NCBI GenBank assembly: GCA_045630425.1
Contig: JAZQTB010000100.1
Coordinates: 1 to 62,239, forward strand
DNA from: Kiritimatiellia bacterium
Lineage (GTDB): Bacteria > Verrucomicrobiota > Kiritimatiellia > RFP12 > UBA1067
Direction: 5' to 3'
DNA length: 62,239 bases
Positions 28,262-37,373 of this stretch are shown piece by piece; the stretch's first letter is position 1, and the number at the start of each line of letters is the position of its first letter. The notes under the pieces were generated by a model, which made no database searches, was not told where the DNA came from, and saw nothing but the letters and a program-made list of their open reading frames with translations. Position numbers and translations under genes: made by a program.

Positions 28262-31200
28262 ATATCCGCGAAAAATTGGCGAGCCTTTATCCGAGTCTTT
28301 CGGTGTTTTTCATCACTCATCCGCGCATGGCGTGGGTGGTGGCTATCGTAATAACGCTTGTCGGCATAGTCAGCTTTTCCCGACTGGCCGTGGCCGAGTA
28401 TCCCAACATCACGCCGGTCACGATCACGGTCTCCGCGTCATATACCGGAGCCAGCGAGAAGGTCCTGAACGATTCCGTCGGTCAGATTATAGAAGATCAG
28501 ATCAACGGAGTCGAGGATATCTGGTATTACAAGTCGAACTGCAACGACCGGGGCTCGTACAACTGCTACTGCGTGTTCAGGCCGGGCGTTTCCTCGAACA
28601 TCGCGCTTGTCAATGTCCAGAACGCCGTCCGCCGCGCCGAGTCGAAGCTCCCGGCGGAAGTCAAGCAAAGCGGCATCACGGTTAAAAAGCGTCCCGAGGA
28701 CAGGATGGTCCTCTACATGTTCATGACCGACGGGCGCGAAGGCGGCATGGACATTATGGATCTGTCCAACTACGTCGAGAAGCAGGTCGCCGATTCGATC
28801 GCCCGAATGGACGGCGTCGGTCTCGTCGAGACGGGCGGTCGCGTATATTCGATGCGCATCTGGCTCGATCAGATCCGTCTGGCCGGACTTAACGTTTCGA
28901 TTTCGGAGATTAAATCCGCGATAGAATCCCAGAATGTCCAGGCTGCGGCCGGTACCGTCGGCGGCGAATACGCCAGCCGTCACCTTACCTTCAAACTCAA
29001 CGTGAAGGGGCGTCTGAAATCGAAGGAGGAGTTTGAGGACATCATTATCCGCAACAACCCCGAAACCGGCGGTCAGATACGCGTCAAGGACGTCGCCCGC
29101 GTGGAACTCGGCTGCAAGGGGTATACGCAACGCGGAAAATTCAATGAAAACACCGCCGTATCGCTTTCCGTCTACAAAACCCCCGAGGCCAACGCCGTTG
29201 AAACCGCCAAGCGCGTAAAGGTCGAAGTCGATAAATGGATCAAGCGTATGCCTCCCGGAGTCGTGGGCGTGCTCTGCGACGACTCGACCGCGTTCACCGA
29301 GGTGTTCCTCAATGAGACCTACATAACTCTTTTCATCGCGCTTCTGCTGGTCGTCGCGATCACATATCTCTTCCTTCAGGACTGGCGCGCGACGATCGTT
29401 CCCGCGATCGCGATTCCCATTTCCCTCGTGGGGTCGTTCACGTTCTTCTACGCTTTTGGCTTTACGCTCAACGTCCTTACGATGTTCGGCCTTATTCTGG
29501 TCATCGGCTCGCTCGTCGACGACGCGATCGTGGTCGTGGAGAACACCCAGGCTCTGATGCTTCGAGAGGGTCTCTCGGCCAAGGAAGCCGCGGCGAAGTC
29601 GATGACTCAGATCACAGGGGCGGTGATCGCGACGACACTGGTGACCCTTGCGTGCTATATGCCGCTCGCCTTCTACGGCGGTATGGTAGGTATGATGTAT
29701 GTTCAGTTCGCCGTCACAATGTGCGTGGCGCTCTGCCTTTCCACGGTGGTCGCCCTGGTGCTCTCGCCCGTTCTGTGCGCATACCTGCTTAAGAAGCCCG
29801 ATCCGAACAAACGCAGAATCCTTCTCGCGCCGTTCAACTGGACGTTGGATTTGAGCCGTCGTGGGTATTTGAGGTTTGTCGGGTTCTTTGTCCGCCGCGC
29901 GTTTTTCACGCTCCTGTTTTTCGTGGCGGCATGCGCGGGTACCTGGTATGTCTCGGGAAGGATAACTTCGGGCTTTCTGCCCAAGGAGGATCGCGGCTGG
30001 ATCACGGCCAATCTCCGCCTTTCGGAAGGGCAGTCCATCGACAACACGATCAAGGTGGTCGACGAGATTCACGAGCGCACTCTGAAGGTGCCCGGAATAT
30101 ATGCCGTTTCGTCCAACTGCGGCAGCAGCGGAATGTGGGGTACGGGCGAGAACCTCGCGACGATCTGGTTCCGTCTCGATCACTGGAACGATCGTAAGGA
30201 TCCCGAGCGGGCGATAGATAAAATCATGGACAATCTAAAGGCCGCGACCAAGGATCTCTATGCGGCCGAGATCGTGTTCTCCCAGCCCGCTCCGATTCGC
30301 GGCCTGGGCGGTTCCAGCGGCGTCGGGTTCAACTTCTGCACGATGGAAGGCGCAACGCCGTTCGAGATTCTCAACGCCGTCGATGGCCTTATGGATAAAC
30401 TGCGGGCCCATCCTTACGTAAAGAGCGCGGTTCACGGTCTTACGGCGTCGACTCCCCAGATGGAGCTTAAACTCGACCGTCAGAAGGCGGAACTTCTCGG
30501 CATCACGCCGAAGGTCGTCTTCCAGACGCTTCAAAACCAGCTGGCCTCGTTCTATGTCAACGACTTCAACATAAAAGGCGGCGTCTACGAAGTAAAACTT
30601 CAGAACGATCCCGATTACCGTATGTCGATCGCCGATATTCTCGCCGTGCGCATTTCGACCGCGTCTGGCGAATCGGTGCCGATATCATCAATCGGATCGG
30701 TCGAATACGTCGGCGGAACGCGCGAGACCATGAGTTACAATAAGATGAGGGCGGCATGGTGCGACGTTACGCCGAAGGAGGGCATCTCGACTTCGCAGCT
30801 GATGGAACTTATCGAGTCGATCGAGCTGCCTAAAGGGTATATCATCGAATGGGGTCCTGTGCAACTCCAGGAAAAAGAGAACGAAGGCCGTCTTCTCTGG
30901 CTTCTTGCGGCCGCGTTCGTCTTCGCGTATCTGTTTCTGGTCGCGCAGTACGAAAGCTGGACGATACCGGTACCAGTAATGCTTTCAGTTCTTTTCGCGC
31001 TTCTCGGCGCGCTTCTCGGATTGTGGGTCACTAATACTCCTCTTACGATCTACGCTCAGCTGGGTTGCGTCATGCTTATCGGACTTGCGGCCAAGAACGC
31101 GATTTTGATGGTCGAGTTCTCGAAGCAGGAGCGCGAAAGCGGGAAGAACGTTTTCGATGCGGCGATATCGGGGGCCGATCTGCGTTATCGCGCCGTTATG

Positions 31201-31404
31201 ATGACGGCATGGAGTTTTGTTATCGGTGTTCTGCCGCTCGTTTTCGCATCCGGAGCGGGATCCGGGGCCATGAGGGCTATCGGCATCTGCACTTTCAGCG
31301 GGATGCTCTTTGCGAGCGTCGTGGGCATAATTTTCGTCCCTGCGCTGTATTCGCTCTTCCAGCGCTTGCGTGAGCTGATAGGCGGATCCGGGAAAGGAGC
31401 TTGA
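28258..31404 (+). CDS. RND multidrug efflux permease (AcrB/HAE1-like)
   Basis: 1048 aa with 12-TM architecture and two large periplasmic loops. Conserved LVIGSLVDDAIVVVEN and MLIGLAAKNAILMVEF TM4/TM10 motifs. Confidence 0.9.
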   Translation: MNIREKLASLYPSLSVFFITHPRMAWVVAIVITLVGIVSFSRLAVAEYPNITPVTITVSASYTGASEKVLNDSVGQIIEDQINGVEDIWYYKSNCNDRGSYNCYCVFRPGVSSNIALVNVQNAVRRAESKLPAEVKQSGITVKKRPEDRMVLYMFMTDGREGGMDIMDLSNYVEKQVADSIARMDGVGLVETGGRVYSMRIWLDQIRLAGLNVSISEIKSAIESQNVQAAAGTVGGEYASRHLTFKLNVKGRLKSKEEFEDIIIRNNPETGGQIRVKDVARVELGCKGYTQRGKFNENTAVSLSVYKTPEANAVETAKRVKVEVDKWIKRMPPGVVGVLCDDSTAFTEVFLNETYITLFIALLLVVAITYLFLQDWRATIVPAIAIPISLVGSFTFFYAFGFTLNVLTMFGLILVIGSLVDDAIVVVENTQALMLREGLSAKEAAAKSMTQITGAVIATTLVTLACYMPLAFYGGMVGMMYVQFAVTMCVALCLSTVVALVLSPVLCAYLLKKPDPNKRRILLAPFNWTLDLSRRGYLRFVGFFVRRAFFTLLFFVAACAGTWYVSGRITSGFLPKEDRGWITANLRLSEGQSIDNTIKVVDEIHERTLKVPGIYAVSSNCGSSGMWGTGENLATIWFRLDHWNDRKDPERAIDKIMDNLKAATKDLYAAEIVFSQPAPIRGLGGSSGVGFNFCTMEGATPFEILNAVDGLMDKLRAHPYVKSAVHGLTASTPQMELKLDRQKAELLGITPKVVFQTLQNQLASFYVNDFNIKGGVYEVKLQNDPDYRMSIADILAVRISTASGESVPISSIGSVEYVGGTRETMSYNKMRAAWCDVTPKEGISTSQLMELIESIELPKGYIIEWGPVQLQEKENEGRLLWLLAAAFVFAYLFLVAQYESWTIPVPVMLSVLFALLGALLGLWVTNTPLTIYAQLGCVMLIGLAAKNAILMVEFSKQERESGKNVFDAAISGADLRYRAVMMTAWSFVIGVLPLVFASGAGSGAMRAIGICTFSGMLFASVVGIIFVPALYSLFQRLRELIGGSGKGA

Positions 31405-31412
31405 GTTCAGTA

Positions 31413-32129
31413 ATGGCCGATTCAGACAAGGAATGGTTTGTACGCAGCGGCGAAGGTAAGGTTTACGGACCTGCCGACCTTGCGACGCTCATAGAGTGGG
31501 CGAGCGAAGGGCGGATCGAGCCGACAGGGTTCGTTTCGTCCGACCGCAAAACGTGGATTCCCGCCCAACTGATGAGCGAACTTGAGATGAAATGGGTCGT
31601 CGAGGCGGAGCCAGGGCGATTCTACGGTCCGTTCAACCGCAATATGGTGAGCCGTCTCGTTTCGCGCAATGAGATTCCCGCCGGGGCCGTTTTTTACCGC
31701 AAACACGAGTTCGCCATCGACAAGGATCCTCCGCCCGTCGAAGTCGAGAAGATCGTCGAAAAGGAAGTCCGCGTCGAAGTTCCCGTCGAAAAGATCGTTG
31801 AAGTCGAAAAGATCGTCGAGGTCGAGAAGATCGTCGAAGTCGAGAAGATCGTCGAAAGGGAAGTTCGCGTCGAGGTACCCGTCGAAAAGATCGTTGAAGT
31901 CGAGAAGATCGTCGAGGTCGAGCCGCCGGCCCGCAAGGCCATAACCGCAGGAGAGATGCTGCCCGCCGTATCCGCGCGACCGCCGGCCCCGGCTTTTGGA
32001 GGAATGTTCAAGAATGTCGATCCAGCGCAGCTCGCGGCTCTTGAAGTAGCGGCGCGGCGAGAACTCGCCGCCGCGAAGGTGGCGAAAGGCGGGGGATTGT
32101 CGGGATTGTTTTTAAGGAGGAAGTCATGA
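31413..32129 (+). CDS. GYF_2-like domain protein with tandem VEKIVE repeats
   Basis: ATG at 31413 follows GGAAAGGAG; the ORF track starts at TTG 31401. Two GYF-like modules (EWFVRSGEGKVYGP..LIEWASEGRI.., KWVVEAEPGRFYGPF) are followed by at least 7 EKIVE units interleaved with REVRVEVPV. Confidence 0.7.
   Translation: MADSDKEWFVRSGEGKVYGPADLATLIEWASEGRIEPTGFVSSDRKTWIPAQLMSELEMKWVVEAEPGRFYGPFNRNMVSRLVSRNEIPAGAVFYRKHEFAIDKDPPPVEVEKIVEKEVRVEVPVEKIVEVEKIVEVEKIVEVEKIVEREVRVEVPVEKIVEVEKIVEVEPPARKAITAGEMLPAVSARPPAPAFGGMFKNVDPAQLAALEVAARRELAAAKVAKGGGLSGLFLRRKS
31737..31922 (+). repeat. in-frame 18-bp tandem repeat (GTCGAGAAGATCGTCGAA = VEKIVE) with a higher-order ~90-bp duplication
   Basis: Directly visible periodic gtcga[ag]aagatcgt[ct]ga[ag] units. 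They cause the spurious STIFST ORFs on the minus strand. Confidence 0.9.
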
Positions 32130-33565
32130 GCGGCAAAAAGTGGTACTTGAGAACCCAGGACGAAACTTTCGGGCCGGAGAGCGAGGAACGACTCGTTGAA
32201 TGGGCGAGAATGGGGCGGATCCAGCCGGGCCAGGAAATTTCCGACGATAACGAAATATGGAGGCGTGTCGAGGATGTGCCGTTTTTGGATATGCGCTTTT
32301 CGATCGATCTTGGCGACGGCAATCCGCGCGGTCCTTTCAACAAGGCGGCGGCCGAGGCGCTGCTTTCGTCAGGGCGGCTGCCTCCGACGGCGAGCATGGT
32401 CGAAACGCGCGCTCCGTTCGATGCGGAGGATGCCGGCGTTTCCGACGATGATATCAGACGCGAGACCGTTTTAGACGCCCCGCCGCAGAGCTGCGAAGTG
32501 AAGATCGTCGAAAAGATCGTCGAAGTGGAAAAGGTCGTGGAGGTTCCCGTCGAGAAGATCGTTCTTAAAGAGGTCCCCGTCGAGAAGATCGTGGAGAAGA
32601 TTGTCGAGAAGGAAATCCCCGTCGAAGTCGAGAAAATCATAGAAAAACGCATCGAAGTGCCCGTCGAGGTCGAGAAGATCGTCGAAAAGATCGTCGAGAA
32701 GGTTGTTGTCGACGATACCAGAATAAAGGAACTCGAGTCGATCATCGAAGAGGAGCGCCGCCACACCGCGAGCCTTCAGGCCAGGATGGATGAAGCGGCC
32801 AGGAGCAACGCCGAGCGCGAGGCCGCGATGCAGGAAAAGCTTATGCTGGCCGCGAAGGAGTCGTCGGCCCGCGAGGCGAAACTGCGCGGGCAGGTTCTCG
32901 CTCTTGAAGCCGAACTTCGCCGTCTGCCCGAATCGGCCGGCGAAATAGCCAACATCCAGGCTGCGGTCTATTCGCTTATGACGGGAGAGGTCGAAGAGAT
33001 CGGAAAACTCATCGAACGCGAGAAGGCGGAGGCCGAAGAGTTCCGCCGCCGCCACGAGGAGCGTACCGACAATCTGCTCCAGCGCCGCCGCGAACTTCTG
33101 AAGCGGGCCGGAGTGAACATCCAGGAGATGACGCGCAAGGCGCTCGTCAACAGGCCTGAGGATCCCCGCACCGCCCAGCTGCGAAAGGAAGTCGACGAAC
33201 TGCGCCGACTCGACGCGAAAAAGAGCTTCGAGGCCGAGTCGAGAATTACCGAGCTGACCGAAAAGCTGCGCCTGAAGGAGGCGGAGTTGGCCCGTAAAAC
33301 CGAAAGTCAGAAGGATGTCGCCCAGCTTCAGAGCCAGCTTCAGGAGTTTCGCGAGAAACTTAAGATCCGGGAGAATGAGCTTCTGGTCGAGCGTCAGCGT
33401 ACCGATACTCTCCGTCAGCAGCAGGCCGTGTATCAGCAGACGCTCTCTTCGCGCGTAAGGGAACTTGAGTCGCCTTCGATCGGAACGAGCCAGTCGATGT
33501 CGACAAACCAGAGCCGCGAGGCAAAACTCGTTAAACTTCCGAAATGGATGAGGTTCGGCCAATGA
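32126..33565 (+). CDS. paralogous GYF_2-like / VEKIVE-repeat protein with a long C-terminal coiled coil
   Basis: ATGA overlap with the previous gene and the same N-terminal plan (KWYLRTQDETFGP..LVEWARMGRI.., NPRGPFNK). The repeat block is KIVEKIVEVEKVVEVPVEKIV...VEKIVEKIVEK, followed by ~270 aa of heptad-like E/R/K/L/Q-rich sequence. Confidence 0.7.
   Translation: MSGKKWYLRTQDETFGPESEERLVEWARMGRIQPGQEISDDNEIWRRVEDVPFLDMRFSIDLGDGNPRGPFNKAAAEALLSSGRLPPTASMVETRAPFDAEDAGVSDDDIRRETVLDAPPQSCEVKIVEKIVEVEKVVEVPVEKIVLKEVPVEKIVEKIVEKEIPVEVEKIIEKRIEVPVEVEKIVEKIVEKVVVDDTRIKELESIIEEERRHTASLQARMDEAARSNAEREAAMQEKLMLAAKESSAREAKLRGQVLALEAELRRLPESAGEIANIQAAVYSLMTGEVEEIGKLIEREKAEAEEFRRRHEERTDNLLQRRRELLKRAGVNIQEMTRKALVNRPEDPRTAQLRKEVDELRRLDAKKSFEAESRITELTEKLRLKEAELARKTESQKDVAQLQSQLQEFREKLKIRENELLVERQRTDTLRQQQAVYQQTLSSRVRELESPSIGTSQSMSTNQSREAKLVKLPKWMRFGQ
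32496..32713 (+). repeat. in-frame degenerate VEKIVE-type tandem repeat
   Basis: Periodic gtcga.aagatcgt units across the interval. Confidence 0.85.
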
Positions 33566-35127
33566 CTTCCTTGTGCTGCGCCGTTCTCGCCGCCGTTTCA
33601 GTTTTCGATTATCCCGCTCTTCAGCCCCGTCATGAGGCGCTGAAAGCCCAGATGATGACGGCGATACGCGAGGCCGACAATTTCGGCATGAGGACGGCAT
33701 GTCTTAAGGCGGTGGAACTTTTTCCGGAGGATCCCGTCTGGAACTACAATCTCGCCTGCGCGTACTCCAAGGCGGGTAAAGTCGAGAACGCGCTTAATTC
33801 CTTGGAAAGGGCGATACGTTTCGGATATCGCGATTCCAGGGCGATCGCGAACGATTCCGACTTCAGGCCGATCTCCGACATGGAGGAGTTTCACAGGCTT
33901 CTCGACAGGGCGGACGCTCTCCGCGACGTTCCTGTCGCGTTCGGTCCGCTGGCGGCGATGCCGGCGAAGGTTAAAACAGGCGGGATCGTCATTCTTGACG
34001 AGCATAATCTTGTATGGGATTTCGACAAAGGCTGTTTCGCGGCCAAGGTCGAACTGGAAGGGGGCGGATTAAACGGCAACGACGGCGATTTGTATTTCAA
34101 CCGGGACCGGGGTCACTCGGTGCTTGCGGTCAAGGATTTTCCGGGCGTCACGTCCGTTCAGATGAGTGCCGCCGCTAAAGAGAAAGGCGTGGATGTAGAC
34201 TTTCCCAATACGGCCTTCCGGTATCCCGTTTTCGGGAACTGCAGCCGCGCTTTAGTTTCCGGACCAATGTGGAGAAGTCTGCCGCGGGCGTTGGTGACGA
34301 GCCAGGCTTTTCGTCTTAAGGCGATCAGCGGATTTTATCTGTCGAATCAGATATGGGTTTTCCCCGTAGTGAACGATTGCCCCCCGTTGGGCAGATACGG
34401 CGATGTATTCGCGTCCCAGACTCCGTATTGGATTGCGACCCAAGGCCGCAGCTGGTCGGATCAGTATTATCTGAAGGCGGCGCTCGAGGTTAGCCGCTCT
34501 CTCGATCCGGTCGTTAAAAAGGAGATCGTCGAGCGCGGACACCTCGCGCCTACGATTCAGGCCATAATCCGAAAATCGCTTAAATCGGTGACGGACGAAA
34601 CGGAATATCTGACGGAGAAGGCCCATCCGACCGCGTTTCCCGCCAATGGGCTCGATATGGAAAAACTGAAGACGCTCTCCTCTTCGCTTTCGAAGGATTC
34701 GATACCGCCGGTGGCCGTGATAAAAGGTGTTGCCGTCGGTCAGACGAAGAACGACGGGAATGCCGCCCGGATGCCTGAACTTACTTATGTAAGCGCGTGC
34801 GCGTGGGCGTTCGTGCTGCGCAACGGCGACATCAGCCGGACTTTCGTGATCGCCGCGGACGGAGCGGGCGAATATGAGTTTTCCGTCGTCCACGGAGCTC
34901 CCGGAGCGGCGAAAATCGAGAAATTGAGACCGGATGTCGCGAGAGTGACGCTCGATAAAAGTCTGATCACCCAGTCCAACCGCGTCGACATCGCCATATT
35001 CGGAAAAACGCCGTCTTCGAACTGGGGCGCTCCCGCATTCGTTTCTTTCGCGGTTCTCGACCCCGAGGCGGAATATTGCGATCCCGTTCTTCTCGGAGAC
35101 GGGAAATCCCGTCCAGAAAAGAAATGA
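33562..35127 (+). CDS. hypothetical secreted protein with an N-terminal TPR-like module
   Basis: ATG at 33562 opens the signal-like MTSLCCAVLAAVSVF; the ORF track starts at 33544. WNYNLACAYSKAGKVENALNSLERAIRFGYRD..DSDF..I is TPR-like. The remainder is unrecognised. Confidence 0.55.
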   Translation: MTSLCCAVLAAVSVFDYPALQPRHEALKAQMMTAIREADNFGMRTACLKAVELFPEDPVWNYNLACAYSKAGKVENALNSLERAIRFGYRDSRAIANDSDFRPISDMEEFHRLLDRADALRDVPVAFGPLAAMPAKVKTGGIVILDEHNLVWDFDKGCFAAKVELEGGGLNGNDGDLYFNRDRGHSVLAVKDFPGVTSVQMSAAAKEKGVDVDFPNTAFRYPVFGNCSRALVSGPMWRSLPRALVTSQAFRLKAISGFYLSNQIWVFPVVNDCPPLGRYGDVFASQTPYWIATQGRSWSDQYYLKAALEVSRSLDPVVKKEIVERGHLAPTIQAIIRKSLKSVTDETEYLTEKAHPTAFPANGLDMEKLKTLSSSLSKDSIPPVAVIKGVAVGQTKNDGNAARMPELTYVSACAWAFVLRNGDISRTFVIAADGAGEYEFSVVHGAPGAAKIEKLRPDVARVTLDKSLITQSNRVDIAIFGKTPSSNWGAPAFVSFAVLDPEAEYCDPVLLGDGKSRPEKK

Positions 35128-36095
35128 AATTCTTTCTCGCACCTCTCGCCGATTTTACGGACGCGCCTTTCAGAAGAATGTGTTTTGAGGGCGGAGCCGA
35201 TCTCGTTTATACCGAAATGGTTTCGGCCGCAGCTCTCGCCCACGGCAATTCGCCGACGCGCCATCTGATGGAGACGATGGACGGCGAGGGCCCCGTCGCC
35301 TGTCAGATATTCGGAGCGACGGAAAGCGACGTTGCCGCGGCCGCGCGCGAGGTTGAAAAGGTAAAGAAGCGTTTTACCGAACTGAATCTAAATGCAGGCT
35401 GCCCGATGACTCGCATCATCCGCTCCGGAGCCGGAGCGAAGCTGATTGAAGATCCTGAAAAGGTGTTCAGGCTTTTGAAGGCGATGTGCGAGAACTCTTC
35501 GCTTCCCGTTACGCTTAAAACGCGCTTGGGCCCGCATCCGAAGGACAGGAGAATTTTCGAGCTCGTCGACGCGGCCGAAAAGGCGGGCGCGAAAGGTGTT
35601 GCCGTCCATGCGCGTTTTACGAGCCAGATGCACGGTGGGCCGCTTGACCTCGAGCTTCTTTCGGAGGTTGTCGCCCGCTCCTCTCTGCCTGTAACCGGCA
35701 ACGGGAGCGTCAGAACGCCGAGTGACGTCGAGGCGATGGCCGCTGCCGGCGTCGAATCCGTCATGATAGGGCGCGCCGCGCTTTCGGATCCCGGCATTTT
35801 CGCGGTATTGAAGGGCCGCGAAAATCCCTGGTCGCGCTTCGAGGCGGTGCGTTGCCACCTGAAATACATTCTTGAGTTCCGCGAGCGGCTGCTCGAGAAG
35901 TTTCCGGACGATCATATCCGCGGCGCCGACGCCTTCGCGTCGGTCAAAACGCATACGCATCTGTTCAGGTATTTCAACGGACTGCCGGGCGCGGCGAAAC
36001 TCCGCGCGGAACTCAACTCAATCCGCACCTTGGCCGAGATCGAGTCCGCGATAAAATCCTTCAGTGATCGTTCAGATGGATTTTCAGCGCCTTGA
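35124..36095 (+). CDS. dus: tRNA-dihydrouridine synthase
   Basis: ATGA overlap with the previous gene. LAPLADFTDAPFRRM, LNAGCP, and TLKTRLG/HARF FMN-barrel motifs. Confidence 0.85.
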   Translation: MKFFLAPLADFTDAPFRRMCFEGGADLVYTEMVSAAALAHGNSPTRHLMETMDGEGPVACQIFGATESDVAAAAREVEKVKKRFTELNLNAGCPMTRIIRSGAGAKLIEDPEKVFRLLKAMCENSSLPVTLKTRLGPHPKDRRIFELVDAAEKAGAKGVAVHARFTSQMHGGPLDLELLSEVVARSSLPVTGNGSVRTPSDVEAMAAAGVESVMIGRAALSDPGIFAVLKGRENPWSRFEAVRCHLKYILEFRERLLEKFPDDHIRGADAFASVKTHTHLFRYFNGLPGAAKLRAELNSIRTLAEIESAIKSFSDRSDGFSAP

Positions 36096-37092
36096 ACGCG
36101 TCGAAGAATCCGACCGGCCACAGCCTCGTCGGAGTCGCCGATTCCAGTTCGCTTTCCGCCTTGTCTTCGAGATCGCGGAAGAAGTCGAATCCCGTCGCTT
36201 CCTCAAGACTGTCGATGCTCGTTATGTAATGTCTCGGCCAGGCTTTCCACGGAACATCCTGTTCGAAGACGAGCGCGAGGGCTCGGATTTTCCCTTCCGA
36301 CTGAGCGGCGATCACCTGATAGAATCCCGTCGGCACGTCGATGTCGGTTCCGCTCAGAGTTTCGCTGCCGTCTGAAATCGACCCTACTATGACCCAGACG
36401 TCCCCCCATCTGGCCGTGAACAGATCGGCGATGCGGTGCTCCAGTTCGCGCCAGACGCCGCGGTTCAGTTCGGGGGTCTGAGGCGCGATGTTGGTCATAA
36501 GGAACGTTTTTTTCTGCGCCTCGGAACCGAAGCGCGTCGCGATCGCGTGGTTCGGGACCATGTGGCCTCTGTCGTATCCGGTCCGCGCGTAGGAGGATGC
36601 CGCGGGGCAGGAACTGAAGGTTCTGTCTTTTTTGAAATTCGGACGGGCGGTCGCCTCGAAGAGCGCTTTCGCAGGTATTCTGTACGCGCACCATACCGGG
36701 TGTCTCAATCTGTCGGAATAGGCTATCGTGAATTCGCCCTTGTCGACGACGGAAATGTCGCGCGGCGCTTTAGCGCTGTTCGCTTTGGGAAGTCCGGCGA
36801 AGAACGTTTTCCCGGCTTTATGTCCTTCGGGGATTTCGCACGTCGCGTCGCTTCCCGTCAGACCGAAGGAGTCCGTAAGATCTGCGCAGACCTCGCCCGT
36901 GGAGAAAATCATCGCCGATATTAGGGGCGGGAGCCTTTCGCGCTTTTCGCGGAGATATTCTTCCGACTGTCTGACGAACCAGTTCGCGTATCCGGCAAAC
37001 AGGATGAAAGCCAATGCGGCGAATAAAGCCGATCTTCGCGCAAACCGTCTCAAGGAGGAAAGCGATGAACGTTCGCGGCGAGGCTGAGACAT
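36061..37092 (-). CDS. membrane-anchored DNA/RNA non-specific endonuclease (NUC/EndoG-like, beta-beta-alpha-Me)
   Basis: N-terminal anchor and the catalytic YDRGHMVPNHA motif, followed by TNIAPQ..LN.G.W. The 3' end overlaps the dus 3' end by 35 nt (convergent). Confidence 0.85.
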   Translation of the reverse strand: MSQPRRERSSLSSLRRFARRSALFAALAFILFAGYANWFVRQSEEYLREKRERLPPLISAMIFSTGEVCADLTDSFGLTGSDATCEIPEGHKAGKTFFAGLPKANSAKAPRDISVVDKGEFTIAYSDRLRHPVWCAYRIPAKALFEATARPNFKKDRTFSSCPAASSYARTGYDRGHMVPNHAIATRFGSEAQKKTFLMTNIAPQTPELNRGVWRELEHRIADLFTARWGDVWVIVGSISDGSETLSGTDIDVPTGFYQVIAAQSEGKIRALALVFEQDVPWKAWPRHYITSIDSLEEATGFDFFRDLEDKAESELESATPTRLWPVGFFDAFKALKIHLNDH

Positions 37093-37105
37093 GAAAATCT
37101 CCCGG

Positions 37106-37339
37106 TCAGAGATCGGAAAGTTCGATGCGGATCGTCTTGCTCTTCATCGCGTTTTCGTTGGCGAGAGAATTGTCGTCGGGTCCGAATCTGACCACGTCGT
37201 CGCGCTGGTTGTCGGGAATTATTATTTTCGCTCCGCACGCGGGGCATTCCGTTTCCTCGCCGATCATATCCACAGACGCCTCGATTTCGGTCGAGCATGC
37301 CCTGCACGCGAAACTTGTGAATCCGTCTTCGTTTTTCAT
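37106..37339 (-). CDS. small zinc-ribbon protein
   Basis: 77 aa with CRAC..(21 aa)..CPAC, a four-Cys ribbon. It lies downstream of the rodZ-like gene on the same strand. Confidence 0.5.
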   Translation of the reverse strand: MKNEDGFTSFACRACSTEIEASVDMIGEETECPACGAKIIIPDNQRDDVVRFGPDDNSLANENAMKSKTIRIELSDL

Positions 37340-37373
37340 TTTACACCTCTCGTATCTGTGCGTTGGTTCGATT

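Noticed and set aside
31694-32766. Minus-strand ORFs translating to STIFSTSTIFST-type repeats.
   Set aside because: They are mirror images of the VEKIVE tandem repeats on the plus strand. The plus-strand frame continues into recognisable GYF-like and coiled-coil regions.
36061-36095. 35-nt convergent overlap of the dus and endonuclease 3' ends as a regulatory antisense feature.
   Set aside because: Short convergent overlaps are common in compact GC-rich genomes. There is no additional structure or repeat to suggest function.
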